Shown: one piece after another, positions 48,632-61,567 of the stretch | Layout: every line of letters begins with the position of its first letter | How positions within the stretch are numbered: position 1 is the first letter of the stretch | Assembly (NCBI RefSeq): GCF_018977255.1 | Contig: NW_024704743.1 | Coordinates: 45,758,001 to 45,822,000 of the forward strand | DNA: 64,000 nucleotides | Direction of reading: 5' to 3' | Origin: Callorhinchus milii | Lineage: Eukaryota | The notes under the pieces: model-generated | Seen by the model: the letters and a program-made list of their open reading frames with translations, nothing else | Database searches by the model: none | Told to the model about the DNA's origin: nothing | Made by a program: the position numbers and the translations under genes

Positions 48632-50519
48632 GCTAAGGGATGCAGTCTTACAGCCTGGTCTGGTCGATACCAACTATGTACAATTTTTAAAATGGAGCAG
48701 GACTAAGCCAGTTAGACATAGAGCCTGTTCTGTGCTGTAACAGTCTGCGGTAGCTCTTATCTTCCTAATCACATTTCCCCTTTTTTGTGTCTGCAACCTC
48801 CTGCAACCGTACCACTGCGGCCACTCCCTCTGCTCAGTGAAAACTGGCCTACTTGACTGTCCCCACCATCAATTGGGAAAGCTGTCAGCCATTCTGTCCC
48901 CACATTCTTTGCAACTCCAGTTGGCTTGCCCTTCTCTACCTACCTTTAAAGCCTTCCAGTCACCTTCCCCCACCCTGCCCCCTTCCACCTTGGGCGCCAA
49001 GTCAGATAAAGTTCTTTGAGACATTCCCTTGATGTGAAAGGGGCTACACAAATGTAAATTGATGTTGTTTCAGTGCTCAAACACAGGTGAAGTGTTCTCG
49101 GTGTCACTGTCTTGAATTCCAGTAGGATTAATTGTTTTAGAACCTAAAATGCACTTTCTGAGCTTATTCAGGGGTTACTGCTCTAGTACAATTTGAGTGT
49201 GGACAGTGTCCTGAGAGGCTGTTTCTGTGCTCGCAAATGGCAACAGAGGCCTCACCAAAATGTTTGGGCCCAACCAGACATCACTCAGTCCATTTCAGAT
49301 GGATTGTGGCACAACTACTATTTAGAAGTTGAGATGGTGGGTATGTTTCAAACCAGATTTTAATGGTGCTCCTTACATAAGGAGCAGACTGTGTTTAGAA
49401 ACACTACAGTTTCAAACCCCGTTGTTAGTGTCTCTGAGCAATAAAATTATCCGTGGAGACTGAAACTCCAAACTGTGTGCTTCCAGTCGAGATACCATCA
49501 AACATGAGCCATCAGTCCTCGGAGACTGCTGAGGAATTTGCCGGATTCGTTCAAAATGACAGGAAGAGTGTAAATTATATTACAATTACAATGCGGAGGT
49601 GATTTTCACAACACATGGGGACATCACGACCTGCGAATATTATAAATCTGTGAAGTTTGAAATCTTCATTTACACTTCAATTATTTTTGGGACACTGAAA
49701 AACTGGTGTGACTCATTTTACCCTATCCCTGTGATTTGCAAGATGCAATTGGTTTGGTAACAGTATGTGAGCGGGGAAGGGGGGTGGGTGAAGATGCACT
49801 AGACATCCAAAAGGTTTGAAAGACACCATTTGTGGACACTTGCGGTTGTGCAGCTAAGGATTGTGTATTGGGGTCGACTGAAATGGGTCTTGTCTACTAT
49901 GTCACACCATCACATCAACAATGCACATCACAAGTCTTTATTAAAAAATATCCAGCCCAGCTTCCTCCTTTTTCACCCACAAAAAATACAGTCAATTCAC
50001 TTTACAGTATATTATGTGAAGCACAACAACGAGATAAGGCTCTATATCAAATGCAGTGATTATTATTATTATTAATATTCCTCAACTTGTTCTTAACACA
50101 ACTGGTACAGTGTTGAACATTTACTCTTCAGTGCGGCAACAGTGGTTCAGGTCTGGTGAAGTTACATTTAAATATCACGCCCCAGCACATTACAGCTGAC
50201 CCTCTCCAAACTTTCTCCAAACATCAGGTCTCACAAGATCAAAATAACAACATCAAATTGCATTTATATAGCTCCTTTCATGTCGGGAAGAGAGATTCGG
50301 ATGAAGAAAGCTCTTGGGTCCATTTGATCTCATTCACGCACAAAATACCCAGTTGGGTCAAGTGCTTTGGGACGTCCTCCTGACCTGAAAGGCACTTTAC
50401 CAAATGTAAGAATTATTATTATTGTTATTCCAAATTACAAACTCCACCATCTTGTTACAGCATGTAAAATATTACAGCATTTAAATGAGTCCATCATCCT
50501 ATCCTATATACCCTATATA

Positions 50520-51230
50520 ATAATAGAATTATACAGCACAGAAAGAGTATATTCGGGCCATCATGTCTGTGCTGGCTCTTTTAAAAGAATTATCCAATTC
50601 AATCCCACTCCCCCGCTCTCTTCCCATAGCCCTGCAAACTTGTCCTCCCCAAATAATTATCTACTTCTCTCTTAAAAGTTATTATCAAATCAACTTCCAC
50701 CACTCTTTCAGGTAATGTATTCCAGATCCAGATCGGGAGTCCTGTGGCTCAGTGGTTAGAGCACTTGCCTCGCAAGCAAGAGACCTGGGTTCGATTCCCA
50801 GCAGGGTGAAACCTTGGGCACGTTTCTTACTTCACACGCCTGATAATAATCCCTCAAGAGAAAAACAACAATAAATTGGTCACTTCAATCCATGACTGTT
50901 TGTAGGACACTGCTGTGCACAATTGGCTGCCGCATTTTGCCCACAAATATACAGTCAATTCACTTTACAGTATATTCTGTGAAGCCCTTTGAGACAACAT
51001 GAAAAGCGCTATATCAAATGCAAGAATTATTATTATTATCCTTAACTCCAGTTCTGGTAAACTATTCAAGGCAATAATTTCCCTCTGTGTAAAGAGGTAC
51101 TCTCTGGCATTTTTCTTCCAACAGGATTTTGCAACCCTGAACCTATGTCTTCTTGTCCTGGTTCCTCAGTGTATCTTAAAGGTTTTGTTCTAGCTTTGTT
51201 TTTTCTATCTCATTTAGCAACTAAAATACT
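50520..51230 (-). mobile_element. Old CR1-like 3' fragment split by a SINE
   Basis: ATAGAATTATACAGCACAGAAAGAG...TTCCACCACTCTTTCAGGTAATGTATTCCAGATC, with CR1-like sequence resuming after 51039. Confidence 0.65.
50735..51039 (+). mobile_element. Young tRNA/Deu SINE, central-deletion subfamily
   Basis: Head GGAGTCCTGTGGCTCAGTGGTTAGAGCACTTGCCTCGCAAGCAAGAGACCTGGGTTCGATTCCCAG and the junction CACACGCCTGATAATAATCCC. Confidence 0.92.
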
Positions 51231-51507
51231 TCTGTAAGTCCCTCTCTTAGATGTCTCTTTTCAAAGAGGAATATACTAAGTTATTGTAGCTAATTCTGAC
51301 TTACTCAATGCATACTCTTCTATTTTCTGACCATTGAAAAATCAACCTAATTTCAGGCACGGTGGGTGGGGTGGGGTGGGGGAAGAATTCAGGGAATTGT
51401 CGACTTGTGCTGATAAACAGATTGCACTCACAATGTTTCAGTTCCAGGTGTTAAACATAGTCAAATTTGCCCTCTTGTTGGGAGTTTTAGGTGAGAGATG
51501 AATACAC

Positions 51508-51785
51508 TGCTCCACATCCTCTGCCCGGCCCTCCCCTCCATTGGTGGTCTGGCCTTCAGCTTCTCTGCCCGCACCCTTTGGAACTCTATCCCACAGTCCC
51601 TTTGCCTTGCTTCCTCCCTTGCCTCCTTCAAGGCAGGTTTCAAGACCCGCCTCTTCAACCGCGCCTTCGGTCACCCTCCTATCCCTACCCTCCCTGCCCT
51701 CCACCGACCCTGATCACAATCTCCTGCTCAAGTACAAACCCCGGACTGTCTTCCCGACAACAAATGTAGTTTGTTATTTGTTGTT
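51508..51785 (+). mobile_element. L2 3' fragment
   Basis: ORF LLHILCPALPSIGGLAFSFSARTLWNSIP...FKAGFKTRLF. Confidence 0.85.
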
Positions 51786-52801
51786 GGTTTTCCATGACAA
51801 TTTGGGAGGCAAATTTACATCCAACTGTCCAGGAAAACTCCAGGATAAAATAAGTGATAATAATAATCCTTATATTTGGTATTGTGCTTTTCACATCAGG
51901 AGGATGTCTCAAGACACTATACTGGATGAATTGTAAACTGTTTTGTGGGTAAATGTGATAACTAGAAGTAATGATGCTAATCTAACCAGAACTAACTGAT
52001 ATTATTGGGGACATTGCCTTGGAAAAGATACTGTGGCAGAGATCTAGATTAATAATAATATTAATCTTTGTATTTGATATTGTGCTTATCATGTCGACAG
52101 AACACTTCACAGAATTCACTGTAATGACAGAAGTGTAGTGACTATGCATTCGAGGATGAATGCAGCTGCCAATTAACAGTCAACAATGTCCCATGAAACG
52201 ATCGACCAATTTTATATGGAGAATTGTTGGCCAGGACCCCAGGAAAAAAAAATTCATGAGATATTTAAGGTCCACCTGCAATTTGTCCACAAAGGTTAAA
52301 GATCCCTTGCAAAAAAACAAATACCTGAATTTGTGTGTGTGCATTTACCACCAGCGTAGCTCATCCATGGGAGTTGGAGGATAGACATGTCTCTTGAGAA
52401 TGGAATCCTTTCCCCCCCCACTGGTGACTCTGCAAACCAATGGGCAGGTGAGCCTAGCGTTAGAAGCAGCAGGAAGATTACTAGTAACTTGCAATAATAC
52501 AACTACACCAAATTACATTCATGTAGCACCTTTCACATCAGAAGGTACATCTCAAGGTACCAGACAGTTAAGGGTTTAGTTACGTTCAGTTAACCCTGTA
52601 CAATATTAGCTGTTTCACTTCAACAATGCCTCAATGTGCACTTTATGGTCTCTAATGTCGTGACGTTTGCCAATTTGTGAATGTGGTTTCTGGGCATAGG
52701 CAAGCAGAGAGCTGTCTCTCAGTAGCAGGAACCAGAGATTTTTAAGAATGGCAAGTAATTTCTGTACATGCAAACTGCCAGCTGACAAAATAACACCAAA
52801 A

Positions 52802-52962
52802 TTCTCTCCTCACCTTCGCTAGTTCTCTCTTTCCCTTTCACTCATTCATTTTCTATTTCTCTTCTCTCTTCCCTTTCTGTGTCTCTCTCCTCTTCACTCA
52901 TTCATTTTCTCGCTCTGTCTCACTCCTCTTCACTAGTTCATTTTCTCTTTGCTTCTCTCCTC
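52802..52962. repeat. CT-rich low-complexity tract
   Basis: Pyrimidine-rich, with three TTCACTCATTCATTTTCT-like units. Confidence 0.7.
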
Positions 52963-53434
52963 ACAAATCCTTCAGTTTACTACACTCTCAGCTATTACTA
53001 TACACACCATCAGTTAGCACCTACCATAAAGCTTGCAATACCTAGAGGTGTGGACAGAGGGCACTGGTGTGTTCCCTGGCTGTCAGGCAAAATACACAGT
53101 TACAAATAATTCGCACACAATCCAAAATTTAGTTTACACACAATAACACAGGGAGAAAAAATCATGTTTAAAAACATTTTCTTGTTCCTGCTTCTTCAGT
53201 AAATCTCATACATTAAATAGTGCCTTTCATGTCGGGAGGTCGTCCCAAGTCTTCTCTAGGCACCCGAGTTGGGGATGGGAGCCAAAGGGGTCTGGGAGGA
53301 GAAAGATGACTGATAATCACAGGCAAATAACAGTATTAATAACAAAGAGGTAGGTCTTGAGACAGATCTTGGTCAAAATGAGGGAAAGTGAGTGTCAGAG
53401 TTCCAGGGAGTGGGGACAGAAAAACTGAAAAGCC

Positions 53435-53590
53435 TGCTCGCAAGTGGGAGACCTGGGTTTGATTCTCAGCAGGGTGAAACGTTTGGCAAGTTTCCTTACT
53501 CAATACGCCTCTGTTTACTTAGCAGTAACTAGGAATCCGGTTGTTAGTTGATTGGTGGATTGCTTTTCGGGGGTAACATTCCCTTAAAAA
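53435..53590 (+). mobile_element. Young SINE, 5' half
   Basis: CTCGCAAGTGGGAGACCTGGGTTTGATTC...GCCTCTGTTTACTTAGCAGTAACTAGG. Confidence 0.8.
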
Positions 53591-54814
53591 ATGTTTCATT
53601 GATCAGCATCAATACCCTTTACCTTTATGAACACAACATTCACTGTGATCAAATTGACCCTCTGTTAAGATCCTTTCTGTGCAATTGAGGAAGGTTAGGC
53701 TTTATCGTGGTAATGCTTTCTTCCTTCCACAATCTGTTCTCCCTCAACGTCCAACTGCGGACAAAATTGTTGCAGTCTGAGCTCTCCAAACATTTGTCAA
53801 AAACACTTGAGAAATCACTGAATATTTTTAAAATGTCCTTTGCCAATTAATTCTCCATTTTAGAGAAGACACACCAAAGTACTGCAATGTGGCTCAAACA
53901 GGATCAATTGTTGTTTTGCAGCTTACAACACAAACAGGACAACAGTCACCAGAGTGAAAGGTGCAGGGTAAATCCTTGCCCTGTGCTGATACTACCGCTC
54001 CTTTCATTACATGCTTCTAATGGTGATAAAGTCTAAGCAGTAATCATGTGAGAGACTGTTATTCAGTGCGGGAGCTCAATAACAAGCAGCCACATGTTAA
54101 AGGTAATCAGAGAAAAAGTTAAAGGGAATGTCAAACGATCTGGGATGCTACCCTGCCTGAGAGGCGCTATATAAATGCAAATTGTTGTTGTTATCAACAT
54201 TTCGTTACACAGAAGGATTGGCACATGCAATTCTCCGTCAAGAATTGTTTTCGTAGCAGAGTCCAGAATTTTTTTTAAAAGGGAAATAGATAGAGCTTGA
54301 AAAAGAAGAATATGAAAGGGGTATGGGTTGAGGGTGATCAGGAGAATGGCATCAGAATTGGTGGCTCATGAGGAGACAATCAGCATCACAGACATAATGG
54401 GCCAAATGGCCTGTTCCTGTCCTGGAACATTTAGAAAGAGTGTAATGGTAAAATATTTAACACTCCCCCAAAAAGACAGGGCCAGAATTCACACGATAAA
54501 TTCTCAGAAAGCTGACACTCTAGCAGGAACATAGGCTTAGATTGCGTTACGATGGTGACTTATGATTCATACTCCACTGTTGCAATGCCACGGTTCATTC
54601 TATGGAGCGACTTCCATTTGACTGAGCATTATACACACCTTCAATTTGCTATAGTTTCTGTTCTGATAAAACAAAACCTCTTCGAAAACAACTGGATTGA
54701 TTTTAATTGGTTTAATTTGTGGCTGTGAAGCATTCTTACGCAGATTGGAACTGTCACCTGGTACAAATGTTACTGTGTTTCACTAAAACACATAAAAAAT
54801 AAACTAATAGTTTA

Positions 54815-55270
54815 TAATAATAAAATAATAATAATCCTTGCATTTGCTATGGTGCTTCATCATGTCGTTGAAACATCTCAAAGTGATTCACACCACATAC
54901 TGTGAAGTGTAGTGACTATGCAGTTGTAGGCGAACACAGCAATTTGCACACAGCAATGTACCATACAAAACCATGAAGTAAAGGACCAATTTTATTTGGG
55001 GAATTGTTGGCCAGGACTCGGGGAGAAACTCCCTTCTCTTTTCAAATATTGCTATAGGATCTTTATCTTCCACCTGATCAGGCAGAGAAGACCTCTGTTT
55101 AATGTTTCATCTGAAGGATGTCACCTTCAACAATGCAGCAGCCCCTCAGCACTGCACCGATGTGTCAACCTGGACTGTGAGATCAAATAGTGCTTCATCA
55201 TGTCGTGGAAACATCTCAAAGCAATTCACACTACACAAGCCTGATGTGGGGCTTGAAATCACAATTTTGA
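54815..55270 (-). mobile_element. Old Deu-domain SINE with an internal templated duplication
   Basis: Tail, Deu core and body are present. 55190-55235 repeats 54852-54897. Confidence 0.8.
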
Positions 55271-55630
55271 GTCTGGTTCACTGTATCTACTGTGTAGGTT
55301 TGACTGAAGGCTCATCCTTTCATTAAAAAATCGATTTGTCACATACCTTCCTCCCATTTTGTTTTGGTGAGTGGGGTTTTCACCACACAGACCTACTAAG
55401 CCAAATGAAACAAACAGTAATTTAAGTTGCCTCCCAGCAACCCTGATTCCTAACCTAAATCTGGACCCCTAACCATCAAAAGATGGCACAAACCCGATTC
55501 CTTGCATCTCATGAGCAAGTCAAGCTACCAATTGCCTCTCCAACCCTAGCTAAGCCTAGTGACCAAGAGTTTGTTGAGTTTCTCCACTCTCTTTTCTGAG
55601 GGTGCAACAAACTCCACAAAATCGGCATCG

Positions 55631-55948
55631 GCAGGGTGAAATGTTGGGCAAGTTTCCATACTCCACACACCTCTGTTTACCAAGCACTAAGTAGGAACTT
55701 GGTTGTTATTCGATTGGTGGATCACTTTTCCTGGGGTAATAATTCCTTCCAAAAAAAAATAATAATAAAATTGGTCACTCAATCCACAACTGTTTGTGGG
55801 ACACTGCTGTGCTCAATTGGCTGCTGCATTTTGCCCATAAAAAATATATACAGTCAATTCACTTTATAGCATATTCTGTGAACCCGCTTAGAGAAGTCTC
55901 AAAGACATGATAAGGCGCTGTATGAAATGCAAGAATTATTATTATTAT
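55631..55948 (+). mobile_element. Young tRNA/Deu SINE, 5'-truncated
   Basis: GCAGGGTGAAATGTTGGGCAAGTTTCC followed by the Deu core and tail. Confidence 0.85.
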
Positions 55949-56102
55949 CACTGCAACAAGCAGTTGAGGGCCAGCATTCCTGCATTAAGCTGCATCGATT
56001 ACTCTTGAGCAAATCATGCGGAGGCTCAGAATGGCGGTGACTACACCGAACTTAGACCTCAAAGGCAGAGCTCACTGCCAGAAGCTGCACAGCCTGAGGA
56101 CT

Positions 56103-56155
56103 AACTGATAAGAACAGATACTACACTTGATCTTAGCTAATAGGCCAAGAAGCAA
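56103..56155 (-). pseudogene. RNU2: U2 snRNA 5' fragment (about nt 2-54)
   Basis: The minus strand TTGCTTCTTGGCCTATTAGCTAAGATCAAGTGTAGTATCTGTTCTTATCAGTT matches vertebrate U2 TCGCTTCTCGGCCTTTTGGCTAAGATCAAGTGTAGTATCTGTTCTTATCAGTT at 49/53 positions. The rest of U2 is absent. Confidence 0.92.
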
Positions 56156-56636
56156 CCAAAGATCCTATCAGTTGCCCCTCTCCATCTCAAAGGAAAGTAA
56201 AAACAGCTCCGTTATGTGATCACTACTCATGTCCCACCTCCCACATTCACACCACCCACTAATGCAGAGTGAGTTTGCACTCTTACTTTCCCTTTACTTC
56301 TGGATTTCCCCAGAAACAGTAAAATCATTATAAATGGACCACAGTTTCTGCTTATGTAGGCATAGGCTTACAAAGACTTGCGCTGACTCAATGCATTGAC
56401 TCAGATGCTGATCCCTGGCCTTCTTAGCGTTGATGGAAGCTTTGCGTTATATACAGTGCTGTATTGACTGAAAATACCATCTAGGATGGGCACAAGAAGA
56501 TAATGCAAGCGTATGGTGCAGTTACAAAAACACAACAGTCATGAATTCTTTACAGAATAATTCTCCTATACTGAAGTTTTTAATCTATTCCACATAATGG
56601 TTGTCAGCCTGGTTCAGTTGGTAACTGGAGTTACCA

Positions 56637-56964
56637 GTGGAGCCCTGTAGCTTAGTATTCAGAGCACTTGTCTCACCAGCAAGAGGACCTGGGTATGATT
56701 CCCAGCAGGGCGAAACGTTGGGTAAGTTTCCTTACTCCACACGCTTCTATTCACCCAGCAGTAAGTAGGAAACCGATTGTTAGTCAATTGGCAGATCGCT
56801 TTTTGGGAGTAAAAATCCCTTTCAAAAAATAATTATTTGGTCACTCAACCCACAACTGTTTGTGGGACACTGCTGTGCGCAATTGACGGTCGTGTTTTGC
56901 CCATAAAATATACAGTCAATTCACTTGAGAATATATTCTGTAAAGCATTTTGAAATGTCTTGAA
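56637..56964 (+). mobile_element. Young tRNA/Deu SINE whose tail resumes at 58280-58319
   Basis: Head GTGGAGCCCTGTAGCTTAG. The tail is cut after GAAATGTCTTGAA and resumes as TACGTGATAAGGCGCTGTAGCAAATGCAAGGATTATT. Confidence 0.88.
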
Positions 56965-58274
56965 CAACACCAACAACGACAAAGGTAAATTTGTATAGCG
57001 CCTTTCATGTCGGGAGGACGTCCCAAGGCATTGGACAGACAGAGTTATGGACCCGAGCTGGGGGTTGGGGTGGGGCAGGGTGGAGGGCAGGGGGGGAAGC
57101 AGGGAGATCGAAAGCACGGTCAAAGAGGAAGGTCTTGAGGTGGGTCTTGACGGTGGCAAGGGAGGGGGTGAGATGGAGGGACTGCAGGATGGAGTTCCAG
57201 AGGGTTGGGGCAGAGTGGCAGAAGGCCCGACCGCCAATAGTGGGACAAGCAAGGCGGAACATGAAGTAGGCCTGAGCCCGCTGAGCGGAGAGAGCGAACA
57301 GGGTGGTAGGGTTTAAGGAGGTCGGAGAGGTAGGGGGAGCAAGACTGTGGCGGGGCTTTGAAGGTGAGGACCTGGATCTCGAACGGTATCCTCTGTATGA
57401 TGGGAAGCCAGTGGAGTTGGGCAAGGATGGGGGTGATAGGGTCACGGAGCCTAGTGCTGGAGAGGACATGGGCTGCAGAGTTCTGGATGATTTGCAGCCT
57501 GTGAAGGGAGGAGTTGTGGAGGCCGACAAGCAGTGAGTTTGCATTGTCAAGCCTCAATGTATTGAATGCATGTATGAGGATTTCGGTGGCCTGCGGTGTG
57601 AGACAGTGTCGGAGCCGGGCGACGTTGTGGAGGTGGGGGAAGGCAGAGCGGGTCATGGTGCAAATGTGAGGTAGAAAGGATAGTTGAGGGTCAAACAAGA
57701 CCCCAAGGTTCCGGACTGGCTTAGTAAGGTGGAGTGTGCAACCATGGATGGTGATGCTGTCAGCGCCTGAGGTGAGGAGGAGCTGGCGGGAGCCAATCAG
57801 GAGAGCCTCGGTCTTATCAACATTCAACTGAAGAATATTAGCTCTCATCCAGGACTTGATATCTGACAGACATTTTGTCAGCACAACAATGGTCCTGGAG
57901 TCAAGGGTGGAGGCAGATAGGTAGAGTTGGATGTCATCCGCATACATGTGGAAGTTGAGCCCATGTCTGCGGATGATGTCACCAAGCAGGAGCATATAGA
58001 TATTGAAAAGGAGGGGACCAAGGACAGGAACGCCACACGAGACTGTCCAGGGGCTGTTTTAGGAAATGAAATGCAGGCGGTGCGAAAGGTACGATCTGAA
58101 CCAATCAAGGTCAGCGCCATGGAGGTTGATATGAGAGGAGAGGCAGTGGAGGAGGATAGAGCGGTCGACTGTGTCAAAAGCAGCAGAGAGGTCAAGGAGG
58201 ACGAGGATGCAGAGGGAGCCCTGGTCGCAGATGGACAGAATGTCATTTGTTACTTTGACCAGGGCTGTTCCGTG
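56965..58274 (-). mobile_element. L2 LINE, 5'-truncated, reverse-transcriptase pseudogene (1.3 kb)
   Basis: ORF 57120-57995 reads [24 protein letters not shown]...LNVDKTE...VRNLGVLFDPQLSF...IQNSAA...LHWLP. Upstream it encodes LLDLSAAFDTVD. It has frameshifts and the L2 tail at about 56965-57040. Confidence 0.95.
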
Positions 58275-58321
58275 TTGAATACGTGATAAGGCGCTGTAGC
58301 AAATGCAAGGATTATTATAAC

Positions 58322-58558
58322 ACTCGTATCTCTGAGTCAGAAGATTGTGGGTTCAAGTCCCACATCAGGACACAAACCCCAAATTAGTCACTCATTCCAT
58401 TGCTGTTCGTGGGACATTGCTGTGCACATATTGGCTGCTGCATTCACCCACAAAAAACACTTTTGAGTCACATCAATTTACAGTATAGTCTGTGAAAAGA
58501 TTTGAGCCTTCTCAACAACGTAATAAGGCGTTATATCAAATTCAAGGATTATTATTAT
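58322..58558 (+). mobile_element. Old Deu-domain SINE with a central deletion
   Basis: CTCTGAGTCAGAAGATTGTGGGTTCAAGTCCCAC is joined to the Deu core and tail. Confidence 0.75.
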
Positions 58559-59352
58559 AATATTGGCTAATTCTTAATGATATATAATGCACAACATAAT
58601 GATGTACACTGCTGGGAAAATATTATTTCTCTTTATGGTAGAACATGCATTTCGTATCACTATTTAAAGATCAGAAGAAAAAATATTTTCGCAATGACAA
58701 CATTGAATCTTCAATTTTTTATATTTCTCAATGGAATTTTTAGCTGAGGAATCCTCTTAAAATTCCTGTCAACTTGTGAGATCACTCCAGAAATACATTT
58801 CATTGGAACGTAGCATTATGAAATGGCTTAAATTTTATCCAATTGATTCTCAGGTCTCTCAGACTAAATCTCTAGAGATATCTGGAGAGTAGCTGGAGCA
58901 GGAGAAAAAACCTTGCTCCCAGTAACTAGGCCTCTCAGAGTCCTGTTGGTGAGCCAGGCCGGCCAATTCATCAGCAGCAGTGGCCTAGAGTACTGCAGAC
59001 CCAGCCGGTTTGGGAAATGGATGACCAAAATGGCCACAGTCAATTGGATTCCGACATTCCATTCCATGTAATATTACCTTGAATCCAACTAAGCACCAGA
59101 GAGACTCTCTTGAATCCTATCCCTAAGGAGGATAGGCTTTCAGATGAGGATCGAACAATATAGGTGAAGAGCAATATTCCTTTCCTTTGTAGCACATGTT
59201 ATGCCAAGATAGAAATCTGCTTACATCCACTGCATTTGCTTCACGTATCTGGTCATAGGGTAAATGTAAACGTTTGATTGTTTTGTATCTGATTTGTGTT
59301 TAGATTTAGATATCTAAATGCAAGTATTATTATTACGTCACACCTCTCGTGG

Positions 59353-59400
59353 GTGAGTGTTGGGGTCTAGGTCTATGTGAGTGTTAGGGTCTAGGTCTAG
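59353..59400. repeat. 24-bp tandem duplication
   Basis: GTGAGTGTTGGGGTCTAGGTCTAT followed by GTGAGTGTTAGGGTCTAGGTCTAG. Confidence 0.85.
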
Positions 59401-60274
59401 TCTAATTTGATTCTCTAATAATGAAAGCCATTACTGTGTCACTCTGAATCACAGGAACTTCGCTCCAATGGTGATCTATGTATGCAACAGAGATCCTGTG
59501 GATTGGCATGACATGTGTGACATACTAGAGGGTAGCCCCATTCAGTTTCCTTATCAGACAAACCTGTGAAAAAAATGCTGCATATTAGACCCCACAGTTA
59601 CAGGATCCAAAGGAACTCAGCATTCACAATTGCAACCAGTCTGCTAAGTACTGAATTTATTTGATGTAATAGTACATAACACTTACGATAAAGGTGCAAT
59701 CAATCAATGAGTACTGTAGTTAACAGAAAATACAGCACCGTCTTTAAACCGTTTTTAGAATAGGTTCCCAATATCAAAACTCTCCTTTTAACAAAAGTAG
59801 AATTGATAGTTTCATTACCTACTTAGTTGATTTAAACATTAGCATTAGAATTAAACATTAGCTGGAGTGGGCAATGTTGCAGAGATGGAGAAAAACGGAT
59901 GGTGTCAGGGTGCAGAAACAGTTTGAAGAAGAGCTGGGGGTCAAACAAACTGCTGAAGTTTTGTATAAATGAGATTTATGATTTTGAGTGGGGTGAGGAA
60001 TTGCTGTTGGGAGACAAAATGGATAGTCTCAGTTTTGTCAATGTTGAATTGGAGAAACTTAAGGCTCAATTAAACCAAGGAAGATTGATTTTTAGCTGAT
60101 CGCAGCAAGACAGAACAACTGGCCTTTTTGCACCTGGCTGGGGAGACGAAAATTAGTCCTGGTTAAGAGAATAACAACCTTGATTTAACATCTCATCAGA
60201 AAGAAGACTGTAATCTTAAGTTCCTACGTGAAGCTTGAATCCAGAACCTTCTGACTCCAGAGGCAGCTGAACCA

Positions 60275-60493
60275 AACAGGTTTCCTGTTTGTCTGCTATC
60301 CTACTGGACACGTCATGTGTGAGGATATTGGCAAGGAGCAGGATCGAGCTCATCTGTGACGCCTCCAAAGTTGATCAGCTTCCCAGCACTCACTCTCCAG
60401 ATCCATGTAGGAATAATGACCACTTAGGCAGGGTATGGACAGGGCTCATGGAACCATACCCCAATACACATCAGCACCTTTGGGAGGAGGGGT
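60275..60493 (+). mobile_element. AmnSINE2-like SINE, 3' half
   Basis: CAGGATCGAGCTCATCTGTGACGCCTCC...CATGGAACCATACCCCAATACACATCAGCACCTTTGGGAGG. Confidence 0.55.
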
Positions 60494-61396
60494 GAAAATC
60501 AGAGGCACAAAATAAAGTAATAATAATTGCCCTGAGATTTAATGCTTATCAAATGAAATGATTGTCTTTTTCTAATTATTTAATAGTCATCTATGTGGCA
60601 GAATCCACAAGATGTTATCAAAACCAAGGATGAGCTTTGTGTTCTTAAATTCTTTTCCGACCAAGCCCATAGTGTGATATTAAATCTCCATTTGTAGGGA
60701 ACAGAAAGAGGAGAGAGTTCATCTAACACCAACAAACATGATGTGGCTTGCGGGTACCTTGCCGGATTTAAATACCAGATGAATTAAAGGAGGCTGCCAG
60801 AGGCTATGATGAATGTCACTGCGATGTGGCCTGATTGTGTGGTGAGTGCTATGAGTGAAACATGTCAGCTCTTTTATCAGTAAGGGTCAGCGTGCATTTC
60901 TGATGATTCATCTGCAGGGAGTCTCTTAAAGCCACAGCACAGGTGCAGAGAAATATTTTGCCCACAAAATATACAGTCAATTCTATTTGCAGTATATTCT
61001 GTGAAACACTTTGAGATGTCTCAAAGACATGATAAGGGGTTATATCAAATGCAAGGATTATTATTATATTTTATAATATCTGCTCCTTTTTCATCAAGTT
61101 TAATGACTCACAAAATAACAAAACAAAACAAATCCAACCTCCGTTGAAACCCAGGGTATTGAAAAAACACATTTCTGTCATGCTAATTGACGTTTCAAAA
61201 CATGGTAAAATGACTTGGTGGAACTCACCTCTGCTGTTTAGACACTGAGTGGATCAGGTTGAAGCAAAGCACTTAGAACGAGAGATAACAAAAGACACTG
61301 AAGCAGAAGTAACTACAAATGTATCTATTGGTACAGAATTTTATTAATGTTGGTTGTGAATATAAACTGGATACTGTTAATAATAATAATCCTTAC

Positions 61397-61567
61397 ATTT
61401 CATTTATAGAGCGCCTTTCACATCGGGAGGACGTCCCAAGGTGCTGGACAGTTGGGGGGGAACAGGGGGAAATGGTCAGGGTGAGAGGTGGGAAGGGAGG
61501 GAGCGAGGAGGGGGTAGAGAGTCGAGAGGGGAGCTGAAGGCACGGTCGAAGAGAAAGGTCTTGAAAG
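61397..61567 (-). mobile_element. L2 3' end nested in a minus-strand SINE tail
   Basis: The minus strand TTCAAGACCTTTCTCTTCGACCGTGCCTTCAGCTCCCCTCTCGACTCTCTACCCC is nearly identical to 20286-20340. SINE tail sequence flanks it on both sides. Confidence 0.85.

Noticed and set aside
49488..49599. Exon-like open stretch VEIPSNMSHQSSETAEEFAGF
   Set aside because: The splice signals are weak and I recognise no homology. It is within chance expectation.
50735..50810. tRNA-Ala gene
   Set aside because: It is the tRNA-derived head of a SINE that runs straight into the SINE body and recurs many times in the window.
57120..57995. 291-aa ORF as an active or domesticated reverse transcriptase
   Set aside because: It is 5'-truncated, lacks the endonuclease, has a deletion before the SVLGP motif and a frameshifted C-terminus. 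It is an ordinary dead L2 copy.
59304..59319. Perfect 16-bp palindrome ATTTAGATATCTAAAT
   Set aside because: It is short and AT-rich, so about one is expected by chance in a window this size.
60806..60903. C/D box snoRNA (ATGATGA...CTGA...CTGA)
   Set aside because: There is no convincing terminal stem and no rRNA or snRNA antisense element I can recognise. Such boxes are expected by chance.
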